From Mollicutes bacterium (GTDB taxonomy: Bacteria; Bacillota_I; Bacilli_A; Izemoplasmatales; Izemoplasmataceae), in the NCBI GenBank assembly GCA_003557505.1, contig PWOH01000029.1, positions 1 to 63,757 on the forward strand: a stretch of 63,757 nucleotides of DNA. The letters run 5' to 3'. Positions 26,792-39,892 of the stretch are shown here, in pieces; within the stretch, counting starts at the first letter, position 1; every line of letters starts with the position of its first letter. A program made the translations under genes and the position numbers. The notes beneath the pieces are model-generated. The model ran no database searches. It saw only the letters and a list, made by a program, of their open reading frames with translations, and had not been told where the DNA came from.

Positions 26792-28984
26792 ATGCTTTTT
26801 AAGCGAAAGAAGAAAAAACTCATCCCACCACTTAAGCGCACACGGGATGAGGTGCCTTTTCAAGTCTATGAGATTCAGGAAAAGAAAAAGGATAAACCCG
26901 TCGCTGCCAAACGCGAAAACCGTTTTGTATCGCCGATTTTTGGACGTTATGTGAAGGATGAAGTTGTCATTCCGATTCGCAGTAAAGTCTCTAGAGATAT
27001 GGATAACCTTGATGCGTTTCGGACCAAACCGCGCATGACTAAAGATGAAAGAATCCGTAAATATGGCACCGCTTATCCTGAATTTGATCTTGTACGTGGT
27101 AAAAATCTTGATGAAGTTGTAGAAAGCCAAAATCAATCTCACTCCAGACGTTCGAAAAAAATTGTCGGTGCTTCTATCATTGATAACGACAATACTCAAA
27201 AAGAAGATAGAGAACCAACCCATAATAACCACGAAGAAACTCAAGACCATTCAACGCCAGATATGCCTCATGAAACCCAAACCAGCCATTCCGAAGCAAC
27301 CGCTGTTAAAAGAGATACGAGCATGTATAATTATTTAAGAAATCAAAACACACCCGAAGAAGAATCAACGGAAGAAGCGACAACCCAGGAAGAACCCCCA
27401 CCGTCTCCTCCGTCTAAATCCGCAGTAGAACAGGAAAAACCACAAGACACACCATCACAACCAACCCAAGAGTCCACTTCACAACCTGCAGCTAAACCTG
27501 CAGAAAAACAACACGCAATGCCTACATATGACAGAACCAAACAAACTGTCAAAGCCGGTGACAGCTTGTTTCCCTCCTATCAAATCCCTCAGGTTAGTTT
27601 ATTAAAAGAACCTTCAGATGACAAACCTGATTTGAGTGAGTCCATAGAACGTCAGATCAACCGACTCAATGAACTATTTTCAGAGTTCAGTGTTGGGGCT
27701 CGCGTCTTTAAACATACTGAAGGCCCAACAGTTACGCGTTATGAACTCGCATTAGAAAAAGGGGTTAAAGTCAATAAGATAACGACACTTGTCGATAATA
27801 TCAAAATGGCTTTAGAAGCAAAAGATATCCGGATTGAAGCACCGATTCCAGGCAAAAAAACCGTTGGTATAGAAGTGCCTAACGAACAAGCACAAACCGT
27901 TCATTTTGCCAATATTGTCAAGCGTTCCATGTTTAAAAATGCTGCTATGCCACTGACGATTGCTTTAGGACTAGATATTGATGGCAACCCAATCTATGCA
28001 CCAATCAAATCCATGCCGCATGGATTGATTGCCGGTGCGACGGGTAGCGGGAAAAGTGTTTGTATCAATACAATTCTGATGAGTCTTTTACTCAAATACA
28101 AACCCAGTGAACTTAAGCTAATGCTTATTGACCCTAAAATGGTCGAACTGAGCGCCTATAATCATTTACCGCATTTAATTACCCCTGTGATAACCGATGC
28201 TAAAGCCAGTGCTGCAGCCTTAAACTGGGTTGTTGAAGAAATGGAACGACGCTTTAAAACCTTTAGTGAAAACAATGCTAGAGATATTGATAGTTATAAC
28301 CGGAAAACAGAAGATGAAAGTGAAAAACTTCCTTACATTGTTATCATTGTTGATGAGTTAGCGGATCTTATGATGGTGGCTTCGCAAAATGTTGAAGAAT
28401 CAATCATGCGTATCACGCAAAAAGCTCGTGCTTGTGGGATTCACTTGATTGTCGCAACCCAACGTCCTTCTACAGATGTCATAAAAGGAACCATCAAGTC
28501 CAATATTCCTACTAGAATCGCTTTCAGTGTATCTTCTCACATTGATTCTCAAACAATCATTGATAGTGCTGGTGCAGAGACTTTGTTGGGGAAAGGTGAC
28601 ATGCTTTATGCACCATCTGGTCAAAGCAAACAAAGACTCCAAGGTGCCTTTGTCAATGATGTCGACATCGAAACCGTTACGGAGTTTATCCGTAATCAAG
28701 CAGAGCCGAATTACTTGTTTAATGAAGAAGCACTTGTTAAAAATGCGACCAAAACATTTGAACAAGACGAACTATTAGAAGATGTTGCCAGATATGTAGT
28801 GGACGCTCAAGAAGCGTCAATCAATAAAATTTCCAAAAACTTCTCGATTGGGTTTAACCGTGCGCAACGTATTGTGGAATCATTGGAAGCCGCAGGGATC
28901 GTTTCGGCTAATCTAGGGTCCAAAGCTCGAGAAGTGCTTGTAGATGATGATGACATCGAACATATACTCAATAACATGGGATGA
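26792..28984 (+). CDS. ftsK: FtsK/SpoIIIE-family DNA translocase without transmembrane domain (SftA-like)
   Basis: 730 aa. Hydrophilic basic N-terminus. P/Q/T/S/E-rich linker. Motor domain with GATGSGKSV Walker A and IVIIVDE Walker B. C-terminal gamma winged-helix. Confidence 0.92.
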   Translation: MLFKRKKKKLIPPLKRTRDEVPFQVYEIQEKKKDKPVAAKRENRFVSPIFGRYVKDEVVIPIRSKVSRDMDNLDAFRTKPRMTKDERIRKYGTAYPEFDLVRGKNLDEVVESQNQSHSRRSKKIVGASIIDNDNTQKEDREPTHNNHEETQDHSTPDMPHETQTSHSEATAVKRDTSMYNYLRNQNTPEEESTEEATTQEEPPPSPPSKSAVEQEKPQDTPSQPTQESTSQPAAKPAEKQHAMPTYDRTKQTVKAGDSLFPSYQIPQVSLLKEPSDDKPDLSESIERQINRLNELFSEFSVGARVFKHTEGPTVTRYELALEKGVKVNKITTLVDNIKMALEAKDIRIEAPIPGKKTVGIEVPNEQAQTVHFANIVKRSMFKNAAMPLTIALGLDIDGNPIYAPIKSMPHGLIAGATGSGKSVCINTILMSLLLKYKPSELKLMLIDPKMVELSAYNHLPHLITPVITDAKASAAALNWVVEEMERRFKTFSENNARDIDSYNRKTEDESEKLPYIVIIVDELADLMMVASQNVEESIMRITQKARACGIHLIVATQRPSTDVIKGTIKSNIPTRIAFSVSSHIDSQTIIDSAGAETLLGKGDMLYAPSGQSKQRLQGAFVNDVDIETVTEFIRNQAEPNYLFNEEALVKNATKTFEQDELLEDVARYVVDAQEASINKISKNFSIGFNRAQRIVESLEAAGIVSANLGSKAREVLVDDDDIEHILNNMG

Positions 28985-28988
28985 TTTT

Positions 28989-29810
28989 ATGAATAACACC
29001 GACCGCCCTGATATCCAACAAGTGGAACATGTAAAACGTAAATTGGAGCGCAAGACCATCTTTGTCTTGCTTGCGCTCTTTTTCATCGTATTTCTTCCTT
29101 TAATCAGGGATCGGTATGTAACATTTGATATGATTTATACCACTACACTTAGTGATGTGATTCCCATTATTCGTGTACCTGTGTTTTATAATACCCCCAT
29201 CCTTTATTTGTTGGCGGGAGCCATGTTGATTTATTTGGGAACCGTTATCGTGAGACTCTTTATATTAAAAGACAGTCTTGAACAATTTAAACGAATATAT
29301 CATCGCTTCGATTTAGTTAGTTTTGTTGTGTATCTTATCACAACATACATTATAGTTAATGCCTTTTTCTTTTCATTTGCGGTTGTAGAAGGTGCCAGTA
29401 TGGAACCGACGTTTCATGATGGCGATAATGTCGTCATGCAACACTGGAAAAACAGTTATAATCGAGGAGACTTAGTAGTCATACGTACCGATTATGCTGA
29501 AAGTGAGTATTTGATTAAACGTGTCATCGGGCTTCCAGGTGAATTTATTGAAATTGAGCATGGGGCCGTATTCATCGGAGGGAATATTTTGGATGAATCG
29601 GTTTATTTAGAAACGTCTGTTGAAACCCAATGCTCACTGGGCCGTCAATACTGTAGTTTTCAACTTGATGATGAACAATACTTGGTGCTTGGTGATAACC
29701 GCATAGATTCTATGGATTCAAGACACTTCGGTGCCGTTAGTATATATGATATTTACGGGACGGTAAGTTTTAGATACCGCCCACTCAGCGAACTGGGAAG
29801 GGTGAACTAA
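28989..29810 (+). CDS. lepB: Signal peptidase I with extended multi-TM N-terminus
   Basis: GASMEPT (catalytic Ser), LIKRVIG (Lys) and GDNRIDSMDSR boxes. The start at 28989 (MNNTDRP) is tentative. The ORF is open from 28944. Confidence 0.88.
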   Translation: MNNTDRPDIQQVEHVKRKLERKTIFVLLALFFIVFLPLIRDRYVTFDMIYTTTLSDVIPIIRVPVFYNTPILYLLAGAMLIYLGTVIVRLFILKDSLEQFKRIYHRFDLVSFVVYLITTYIIVNAFFFSFAVVEGASMEPTFHDGDNVVMQHWKNSYNRGDLVVIRTDYAESEYLIKRVIGLPGEFIEIEHGAVFIGGNILDESVYLETSVETQCSLGRQYCSFQLDDEQYLVLGDNRIDSMDSRHFGAVSIYDIYGTVSFRYRPLSELGRVN

Positions 29811-29811
29811 C

Positions 29812-30678
29812 ATGAGTAAAATTAACTATTATCCAGGCCATATGGCAAAGACTAAACGTCAAATAAAAGAAAAATTAAAACTCATTGATATTGTCTTTGA
29901 ACTTGTCGATGCCCGTGCCCCAAAGTCATCAATGAACCCTGAACTTCACGACATCATTGGCAATAAACCAAAATTAATCTTAATGAATAAATCTGATTTA
30001 GCAGATGGCAAAGGCATTGAAGCATGGGCAAATCATTTTCATGAACAAGGCCATCATACCTTAAAAATAAATGCTTTAAACGGAAAAAATGTTAATCGCA
30101 TCGTGCCGACCGCCAAGGATATTCTTAAAGACCAATTTGATAAAGAAGCCAAGAAAGGTCGGAAACCACGACCAATCAGAGCACTGATTATCGGAATTCC
30201 CAATGTTGGGAAAAGTACACTTATCAACAAGTTAGTGGCTAAAAAAGCAACCAAGGTGGGTGACACCCCCGGAATTACCAAACACCTGCAAATAATCCGT
30301 ATTCATCAAGATCTTGAATTGTTGGATACCCCAGGTATTTTATGGCCGAATCTTGATGATCAAACCGCCGCATTGAAACTTGCCCTACTTGGGACCATTA
30401 AAGATCATTTGGTGCCACGAGATGAAGTGGTAATTTATGGGTTTAATGTTTTACGTAAGCATTATAAAGAGGCCTTTGAAAGACGCTATGATATGACCAT
30501 TGAGACAACGGATGAGTCATTAGATATCTTTAATAAAATCGGTGAACGTCGTGGCAGTTTAGAGCGTGGCGGTGAAATCAATTATGAACGTGTCATGGAT
30601 CATTTTTTATACGATTTCAGACACCAGCAGTTCGGTCCGGTTATTTTAGAATGGCCAGAGGAATCGAATCATGTATGA
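29812..30678 (+). CDS. rbgA: Ribosome biogenesis GTPase A (YlqF)
   Basis: Circularly permuted GTPase: MNKSDL (G4) precedes GIPNVGKST (G1) and DTPG (G3). Confidence 0.95.
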   Translation: MSKINYYPGHMAKTKRQIKEKLKLIDIVFELVDARAPKSSMNPELHDIIGNKPKLILMNKSDLADGKGIEAWANHFHEQGHHTLKINALNGKNVNRIVPTAKDILKDQFDKEAKKGRKPRPIRALIIGIPNVGKSTLINKLVAKKATKVGDTPGITKHLQIIRIHQDLELLDTPGILWPNLDDQTAALKLALLGTIKDHLVPRDEVVIYGFNVLRKHYKEAFERRYDMTIETTDESLDIFNKIGERRGSLERGGEINYERVMDHFLYDFRHQQFGPVILEWPEESNHV

Positions 30679-31288
30679 GTATGAAGATGCATTAAAACGC
30701 AAAGGTTACAAAGTCATTGGTGGCTGTGATGAAGCCGGTAGAGGTCCACTGGCCGGTCCGTTAGTCGTCGCATGCGTAGTATTGGATGATAATAATCCCA
30801 TCGAAGGACTTAATGACTCTAAAAAACTGAGTGCTAAAAAACGCTTGATGTTGTACCAGGAAATCAAAGCCAAAGCGGTCGCGTATAAAATTGTCGAATA
30901 CAATGCTCAAACGGTCGACGAATATAATGTTTATCAAGCCTCTAAGCGGGGCATGATTGAAGCGGCAAGTCATATCGAAGGATTGGAGTTCTTGCTTACG
31001 GATGCCATGCCAATTCAATACGAGCGTTTTGAAAGTCTCTCAGTGATTAAAGGGGATCAAAAAAGTGCTTCCATTGCGGCCGCTTCGATATTGGCAAAAG
31101 TAACCCGCGATGCTTATATGGATGCCCTCCAGCACAAATATCCAGGCTATGGATTTGAAAAACATAAAGGATACCCAACCAAAGCGCATATGGAAGCACT
31201 TGATGCGCTTGGTGTTTGTGCGGAACACCGCAAATCATTTGCGCCAGTAAAAGCTCGGTTGGCCATCCAAACAACGTTAGATATATAG
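30671..31288 (+). CDS. rnhB: Ribonuclease HII
   Basis: 205 aa. GCDEAGRGPLAGPLV active-site motif. Confidence 0.95.
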   Translation: MYEYEDALKRKGYKVIGGCDEAGRGPLAGPLVVACVVLDDNNPIEGLNDSKKLSAKKRLMLYQEIKAKAVAYKIVEYNAQTVDEYNVYQASKRGMIEAASHIEGLEFLLTDAMPIQYERFESLSVIKGDQKSASIAAASILAKVTRDAYMDALQHKYPGYGFEKHKGYPTKAHMEALDALGVCAEHRKSFAPVKARLAIQTTLDI

Positions 31289-31293
31289 GTGAT

Positions 31294-31854
31294 ATGATGA
31301 TTATTGATGTAGAAACCATAGTGAAAAAACCCATGAAGGGAAAAGTAGCCATTTTTCAAACGGATACCGTGTATGGTATCGGTTGTCTTTATCAAGATGA
31401 ATCGGCTATTGAGCGTATTTATGCAATTAAAAAACGCGACGTAAAAAAGCCCTTGGCAATTTTATGTGGATCACTTGAACAAGCACAAGCACTCGCAGAA
31501 AACTATACGGATTTTGAAACGTTAGCCACACAATACTGGCCGGGTGCCTTGACGTTGGTTGTCAAACGGAGTGATAAAGTTCCTATGAGCGTGACACGGG
31601 GCATGGACACTGTCGGCTTAAGAATCCCGAATGATCCAGTGGCTCAAAAGATTCTCAATCATTTTGGTCCGATGGCTGTGACCTCACTGAATATCAGTAG
31701 TGAACCGGATGTGACGACCTATGAAGAAGCATTGCGATTTAAGTCAGTTGTGGATTATCTTGTGAAAGGGTCTTCGACCGCGGGATTGAGCAGCACAGTC
31801 TATGACACACTCAATGGTAAAGTCTTACGTCAAGGCGTTGTGAAGATTGATTGA
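31294..31854 (+). CDS. tsaC: L-threonylcarbamoyladenylate synthase, YrdC-domain-only type
   Basis: Contains VAIFQTDTVYGIGC and WPGALTLV. About 186 aa. Start is ATG at 31294 or 31297. Confidence 0.88.
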   Translation: MMIIDVETIVKKPMKGKVAIFQTDTVYGIGCLYQDESAIERIYAIKKRDVKKPLAILCGSLEQAQALAENYTDFETLATQYWPGALTLVVKRSDKVPMSVTRGMDTVGLRIPNDPVAQKILNHFGPMAVTSLNISSEPDVTTYEEALRFKSVVDYLVKGSSTAGLSSTVYDTLNGKVLRQGVVKID

Positions 31855-31935
31855 AATGATTTGCATGGGAAAGTAATTGTAATTTAATGGACTTTTGATA
31901 TAATAGAAAAGTAGTCTTTTAGAGAAGGTGTATAT

Positions 31936-32367
31936 ATGAAAGTAGGAATCGGTGCCGATCACGGCGGCTATGAATTGAAACTAAAAATTGTTGAGTATTT
32001 GAAATCAGCAGGTTTTGAGTATGAAGATGTTGGTACAAACAGCAAGGAATCTTGTGATTATAATGAATTTGCGAAAACTGTCGCTGAAGGCGTAGCCAGC
32101 GGAAAGTATGACCGCGGTATCCTTATTTGCGGTACAGGCATTGGGACAAATATTCAAGCCAATAAAGTCAAAGGTGTACGTGGTGCGCTAGTCCATGATA
32201 TGTTCTCAGCGAAAGCGACTAGGTTGCACAATGATTCTAATGTACTAAGCATGGGCGGACGTATTATCGGTGATGAACTGGCAAAAGCGATTACGGAAAT
32301 TTGGTTAACGACCGAATTCTCTGGTGATGAACGCCATAAACGTCGTGTAAGTAAACTAGAATCATAA
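31936..32367 (+). CDS. rpiB: Ribose-5-phosphate isomerase B
   Basis: 143 aa. GADHGGYELK and ICGTGIG motifs. TGaTATAAT at 31896-31904. Confidence 0.94.
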   Translation: MKVGIGADHGGYELKLKIVEYLKSAGFEYEDVGTNSKESCDYNEFAKTVAEGVASGKYDRGILICGTGIGTNIQANKVKGVRGALVHDMFSAKATRLHNDSNVLSMGGRIIGDELAKAITEIWLTTEFSGDERHKRRVSKLES

Positions 32368-32389
32368 CGTTACCAAAAAAGAGGTTGCG

Positions 32390-32611
32390 ATGGATAAAAA
32401 GTTTTTGATGAGATTATTGGCAATTAGTTCAAACTTTGTTTGGGAAATGTTGGTCGCCATCCTTATAGGTCTGTTTTTAGGACGTATTCTTGACCGATGG
32501 TTGGGGTTTGAACGCTTATTTGTCGTTATTTTAATGATTCTTGGGATGATAGGGGCTTTACGTAATTTTATGGTCCGTGTCTACAGATTAGGAGATAAAC
32601 ACAATGAATGA
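32390..32611 (+). CDS. atpZ: AtpZ/AtpI-family small membrane protein of the ATP synthase operon
   Basis: 73 aa with two TM helices. First gene of the atp operon. Confidence 0.75.
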   Translation: MDKKFLMRLLAISSNFVWEMLVAILIGLFLGRILDRWLGFERLFVVILMILGMIGALRNFMVRVYRLGDKHNE

Positions 32612-32999
32612 ACAACCGAGTTTACTTGTTAAAACATTTGCGATTGTTTGGCCGTATGTCATTGTGATGAGTGTCTTAACATTCATTGTTTTTGATGTTA
32701 TCTTAGCTATGGAATCAGCTATCGCCTTGAGTTTCTTTTTAGGGTCAGTTGTTACAGTGATGCTTTGGTCTATGACGTATAAATCTGCCTTTAAGGCGGT
32801 AAACAGTAATCCAGAGAAACTAAAGAGTCTTTCAATAAGAAACTATATTATCCGTTTTTTATTTTATGCGTTGATTCTTGTTATCGCGCATTTCAATACA
32901 CAACTTGAACCAATCGCGACGTTTGTAGGATTTACCTCGTTTAAGGTCGCATTACTTATCACATCAATATTATATGGAGGAAGTGAGCATGATGCTTAG
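32604..32999 (+). CDS. atpI: ATP synthase protein I
   Basis: 131 aa with 4 TM helices. Lies immediately before atpB. Confidence 0.75.
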   Translation: MNEQPSLLVKTFAIVWPYVIVMSVLTFIVFDVILAMESAIALSFFLGSVVTVMLWSMTYKSAFKAVNSNPEKLKSLSIRNYIIRFLFYALILVIAHFNTQLEPIATFVGFTSFKVALLITSILYGGSEHDA

Positions 33000-33639
33000 T
33001 CCGAATATTATCGCATCAATGATTGTCATTGTGACATTAATCGTTCTTTTGACAATTATCGGCCAAAAAGTCAGCAAACTCGATCCTGCAGAACCGATTA
33101 AAGGCTCACTGTTTTTGCCTGTTCTTGGGATTATGAAACTCAATGATATGATTAGTGGGTTTTATGGTGACCACTGGAAACGGTTTGCGCCAATCCTTAC
33201 CGCAATCTTTTTGTATTTGGCGTTTGCCAATACATCCAGTTTGGTAGGATTATCAACGCCGCTGTCAAATATTAATATTGCCTTAACGTTCTCGTTTTTG
33301 GCATTTATGATTATTCAGACCTATGGTTTGATTATTAGAACGCCATTGAAAAGAATGAAAGACTTGATGAGCCCTTCAATTTTGTTGTTTCCTGTCAATG
33401 TAATCGGTGAACTATCTACACCGCTTGCGATGGGACTACGTTTGTTTGGGAACTTGTTAAGCGGGGCTGTAATTACAGTCATCATCTTTTATATCTTACC
33501 GATGGGTATTAATTTAATTCCGCTTGCGTTTGTGGTTCATCCGATTTTTAATATCGGATTCGGACTCATCCAAGCGTTTGTGTATTTCATGTTACTCACG
33601 ATTTTCTTATCAATGGCAATAGAAGCTGACGAAGCTTAA
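32989..33639 (+). CDS. atpB: F0 ATP synthase subunit a
   Basis: Conserved LRLFGNLLSG (essential Arg). ATG at 32989 sits 8 nt after GGAGG. The ORF track starts at 32974. Confidence 0.93.
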   Translation: MMLSPNIIASMIVIVTLIVLLTIIGQKVSKLDPAEPIKGSLFLPVLGIMKLNDMISGFYGDHWKRFAPILTAIFLYLAFANTSSLVGLSTPLSNINIALTFSFLAFMIIQTYGLIIRTPLKRMKDLMSPSILLFPVNVIGELSTPLAMGLRLFGNLLSGAVITVIIFYILPMGINLIPLAFVVHPIFNIGFGLIQAFVYFMLLTIFLSMAIEADEA

Positions 33640-33661
33640 AAATAAAAAACTTATATTTTGA

Positions 33662-33955
<294 letters not shown>

Positions 33956-33984
33956 ACATGTGGTCATGAGGAGGCATCATCACT

Positions 33985-34518
33985 ATGGAAGCAGTTGCTA
34001 ATGCCATAGAAAGATTAGTTGAACAAACCGGACTCACAGGCATTAATCCTGTGGAAATGGTCATCCAACTCATCGCCACCATTATCTTGATCCTCGTGGT
34101 CAAGTATTTCTTCTGGAATAAAATCACGTCGTTCATTGAAGCCCGTCGTGATATTGTTGATGGAGAACTGAGCGAAGCGACAGAAAAAAGTGACGAAGCC
34201 CGTCGCTTGAAACAAGAAGCGATGGATGAGTTGGAAGACGCAAAGCTTAAAGCTAAACGTTTAATCGAGGACGCGAAAAGCCGTGGTGAAGATACGCGTA
34301 GAGATATTATCAAAACGGCGAAAGATGAAGCGGAAACCATTAAACAAAATGCAAAAAAAGACATGAATAAAGAAATTGAGATGGCTAGAAACAAAATGCG
34401 CAATGAAATAGTTGAAATTGCGACGGTGTTAAGTCAAAAAGCCATCGAGAAGAAAATTAATCGTGAAACTTACAATCGCTTGTTAGATCAAGCCATTGAA
34501 GAGGTTAGAAAACAATGA
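33985..34518 (+). CDS. atpF: F0 ATP synthase subunit b
   Basis: 177 aa. One N-terminal TM helix followed by a long charged helix. Confidence 0.9.
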   Translation: MEAVANAIERLVEQTGLTGINPVEMVIQLIATIILILVVKYFFWNKITSFIEARRDIVDGELSEATEKSDEARRLKQEAMDELEDAKLKAKRLIEDAKSRGEDTRRDIIKTAKDEAETIKQNAKKDMNKEIEMARNKMRNEIVEIATVLSQKAIEKKINRETYNRLLDQAIEEVRKQ

Positions 34519-35030
34519 GTGCGATCAGTGAACAATACGCCGTCGCACTTTTTGAACTGTCTAATCAAACCAACAATCTCGATGCAATTACTGCAGAATT
34601 TAAACAATTTATAGCAAGCATCGATCTCGATACCATGGGTTTTTTTAAACATCCTGGTGTCGAAAAGAAGCGCAAAAAGGATGTTGTACATTCACTGGAT
34701 CAAAGTGAACTGTTCAATCATTTTCTTTGTGTGCTTATCGATAATAATCGTTTTGACATTATCCACGACATTAAAGCTTCATTCGATGTCATGCTTGATA
34801 ATATGTTTAAACGAATGACTGTGTATGTTTATAGTAAAAAACCACTTACTAAAGCAAAAGTCTCCGCATTAAAAACTGAATATGAGAACAAATACAATCG
34901 TCAAGTGACAATAGAGAACCGTGTTGATGAATCGATTTTAGGTGGCCTTCGTTTTGAATTCGACGGCAAAGTTATCGATGATACGATCAACAACAATTTA
35001 CACCAACTTAAACGTCGTTTGACCAGATAG
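34515..35030 (+). CDS. atpH: F1 ATP synthase subunit delta (OSCP)
   Basis: 171 aa. Operon position between b and alpha. C-terminal ILGGLRFEFDGKVIDDT motif. Confidence 0.9.
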   Translation: MSAISEQYAVALFELSNQTNNLDAITAEFKQFIASIDLDTMGFFKHPGVEKKRKKDVVHSLDQSELFNHFLCVLIDNNRFDIIHDIKASFDVMLDNMFKRMTVYVYSKKPLTKAKVSALKTEYENKYNRQVTIENRVDESILGGLRFEFDGKVIDDTINNNLHQLKRRLTR

Positions 35031-36551
<1,521 letters not shown>

Positions 36552-36563
36552 GGTGGTGGAACC

Positions 36564-37454
36564 ATGAGTTCAATGCGAGAAATTAAAAAACGAATCAACG
36601 CAACGGAAAAAACATCGCAGATTACCAAAGCGATGCACATGGTAAGCGCCGCCAAACTTAAAAAGGCTGAGCGCTCTATCAAAGCGTTTCGTCCCTTGAC
36701 TAAAAGACTGTCTCATGTCTTATCACGAGTTTTAAACAGTGATAAAGAACTCACACATCCCATTCTTGAAGGACGCGATATTGATAAAACTGTCTATATC
36801 CTAATCTCTTCTGATCGTGGGCTTGCGGGTCCTTATAATAACAATGTGTTTAAAGCCTTTGAAAAATATGTTGAAAAACAGCATCAATCTAAAGATGAAT
36901 TTGAGATCGCAGCGTTGGGATTCAAGTCTTTCGCTTTTGCTAAACGCAAAAAATACACATTGATCAACAAAGAAGTCATTCAAGTACGAGATGATGTTCA
37001 ATTTCTAGACTTCCAGTCAATTTCTGATGAGTTTATCAAAGGGTTTCTTTCAGGAAAATATGATAAGATTGTTGTATTTTATAACAAATTCATCAATACA
37101 CTCCAGCAACAAGTCAAGCATCAAACCTTGATACCATTACAAGATAATCCCTTGTTACAAATCGAGGATGATGATAACGGAAACGCACCCTATCGAACGA
37201 TTTATCATTATGAACCATCAGCAAGTCGTGTCTTACAGGAACTTTTACCCATGTATGTTGTGAACTTGTTATACGGCATGATTCTTGAATCAAAAGCCAG
37301 TGAGCACGCTTCACGCATGACAGCAATGAAAAGTGCAACCGACAACGCCAAAGATCTCATCCAGGACTTGCAACTGCATTACAATCGTGCAAGACAGGAT
37401 GCCATTACCATCGAACTTACCGATATCATCGGCGGCGCCGAAGCGGTGAACTAA
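36564..37454 (+). CDS. atpG: F1 ATP synthase subunit gamma
   Basis: 296 aa. Contains REIKKRI...ITKAM and the C-terminal ITIELTDIIGGAEA. Confidence 0.96.
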   Translation: MSSMREIKKRINATEKTSQITKAMHMVSAAKLKKAERSIKAFRPLTKRLSHVLSRVLNSDKELTHPILEGRDIDKTVYILISSDRGLAGPYNNNVFKAFEKYVEKQHQSKDEFEIAALGFKSFAFAKRKKYTLINKEVIQVRDDVQFLDFQSISDEFIKGFLSGKYDKIVVFYNKFINTLQQQVKHQTLIPLQDNPLLQIEDDDNGNAPYRTIYHYEPSASRVLQELLPMYVVNLLYGMILESKASEHASRMTAMKSATDNAKDLIQDLQLHYNRARQDAITIELTDIIGGAEAVN

Positions 37455-38876
<1,422 letters not shown>

Positions 38877-38884
38877 GTGATTCG

Positions 38885-39277
38885 ATGAAACTCGTAGTAG
38901 TCACACCAAGCGGAGAGCTATTTAACGAAACCGTTGATTATATTGTTATAAGCAGTAAAAATAATGGCGACTTTGCAATCATGAAAGATCACGCCCCCAT
39001 TATCAGTGCGATTGATGTGGGGTATATAAAAATGATTCAAGGTGATAAAACGCTTTATACTGTTGTGATCAATGGTGCACTTGAACAACAAGATAATCAA
39101 ATCAATATAATTGCTCAAGAAGCCCATGTTGGCTTAAACAAGGACAGTGCAATGGACCATCTTAATGAGGTTCGAAAAGAACGCCTTGAAGCTAACAGAC
39201 AGCGCACGCAAGACTTTTTGCAAGCTGAAAAAGAACTCCGTAAAAATCTCCGTGAAGCACGTGCTTCAAAACGGTAA
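38885..39277 (+). CDS. atpC: F1 ATP synthase subunit epsilon
   Basis: 130 aa. Last gene of the operon. Beta-sandwich domain plus helical tail. Confidence 0.92.
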   Translation: MKLVVVTPSGELFNETVDYIVISSKNNGDFAIMKDHAPIISAIDVGYIKMIQGDKTLYTVVINGALEQQDNQINIIAQEAHVGLNKDSAMDHLNEVRKERLEANRQRTQDFLQAEKELRKNLREARASKR

Positions 39278-39290
39278 ATAGAAGAACTAC

Positions 39291-39325
39291 AGGCAAGGCG
39301 TCCAAGCCTTGCCTTTCCTATTTTG
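39291..39325 (+). terminator. Terminator after the atp operon
   Basis: AGGCAAGGC-gtccaa-GCCTTGCCT hairpin followed by an interrupted T run. Confidence 0.6.
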
Positions 39326-39368
39326 TATGTTATAATTAATTTGATAATACATTAAGGAGGAATTTTAA

Positions 39369-39806
39369 ATGGAGAAACAAGCAAAACTCATGAACCAACT
39401 TGTTGCAGATTTAGCAGTTAACTTTGTAAAATTCCACAACCTTCATTGGAATGTTGTAGGGGAAAGATTCGAACCAGTTCACGTTTATGCTGAAAAACTT
39501 TATGATATGCTTAATGAGCAATATGATGAAGTTGCAGAACGCATGAAAATGTTAGGGGTGTTCCCTGCTGCACAGATGAAGACGTATCTTGAAATGACAA
39601 ATGTTGAGGAACTCGAAGATCGTGATTATCAAATTCCTGAAGTATTCAAGATTTTGAAAGAAGAACTTGAAAAACTTCGTGCTCTTGCAACAGAAATTCG
39701 CACCCTTGCGGATGACGGTGGAGACTTTGCTACAGTTGCTATGTTGGAAGATATGGTCGGCGAGTATGACAAAGAAATCTGGTTTATGGAACAAGCAATT
39801 AAATAA
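39369..39806 (+). CDS. dps: Dps-family DNA-protection/ferritin-like protein
   Basis: 145 aa. HWNVVG..F..VH, with DE..ER ferroxidase ligand spacing. Confidence 0.9.
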   Translation: MEKQAKLMNQLVADLAVNFVKFHNLHWNVVGERFEPVHVYAEKLYDMLNEQYDEVAERMKMLGVFPAAQMKTYLEMTNVEELEDRDYQIPEVFKILKEELEKLRALATEIRTLADDGGDFATVAMLEDMVGEYDKEIWFMEQAIK

Positions 39807-39812
39807 CTCATT

Positions 39813-39839
39813 AAAGCGCCTGTAAATAGGCGCTTTTTT
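39813..39839 (+). terminator. Rho-independent terminator after dps
   Basis: AAAGCGCCT-gtaaat-AGGCGCTTT hairpin followed by a T run. Confidence 0.85.
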
Positions 39840-39892
39840 GTTGACACAATAAATCTTACATTATATGCTAAAATCACCAAGGAGGGATTTCT

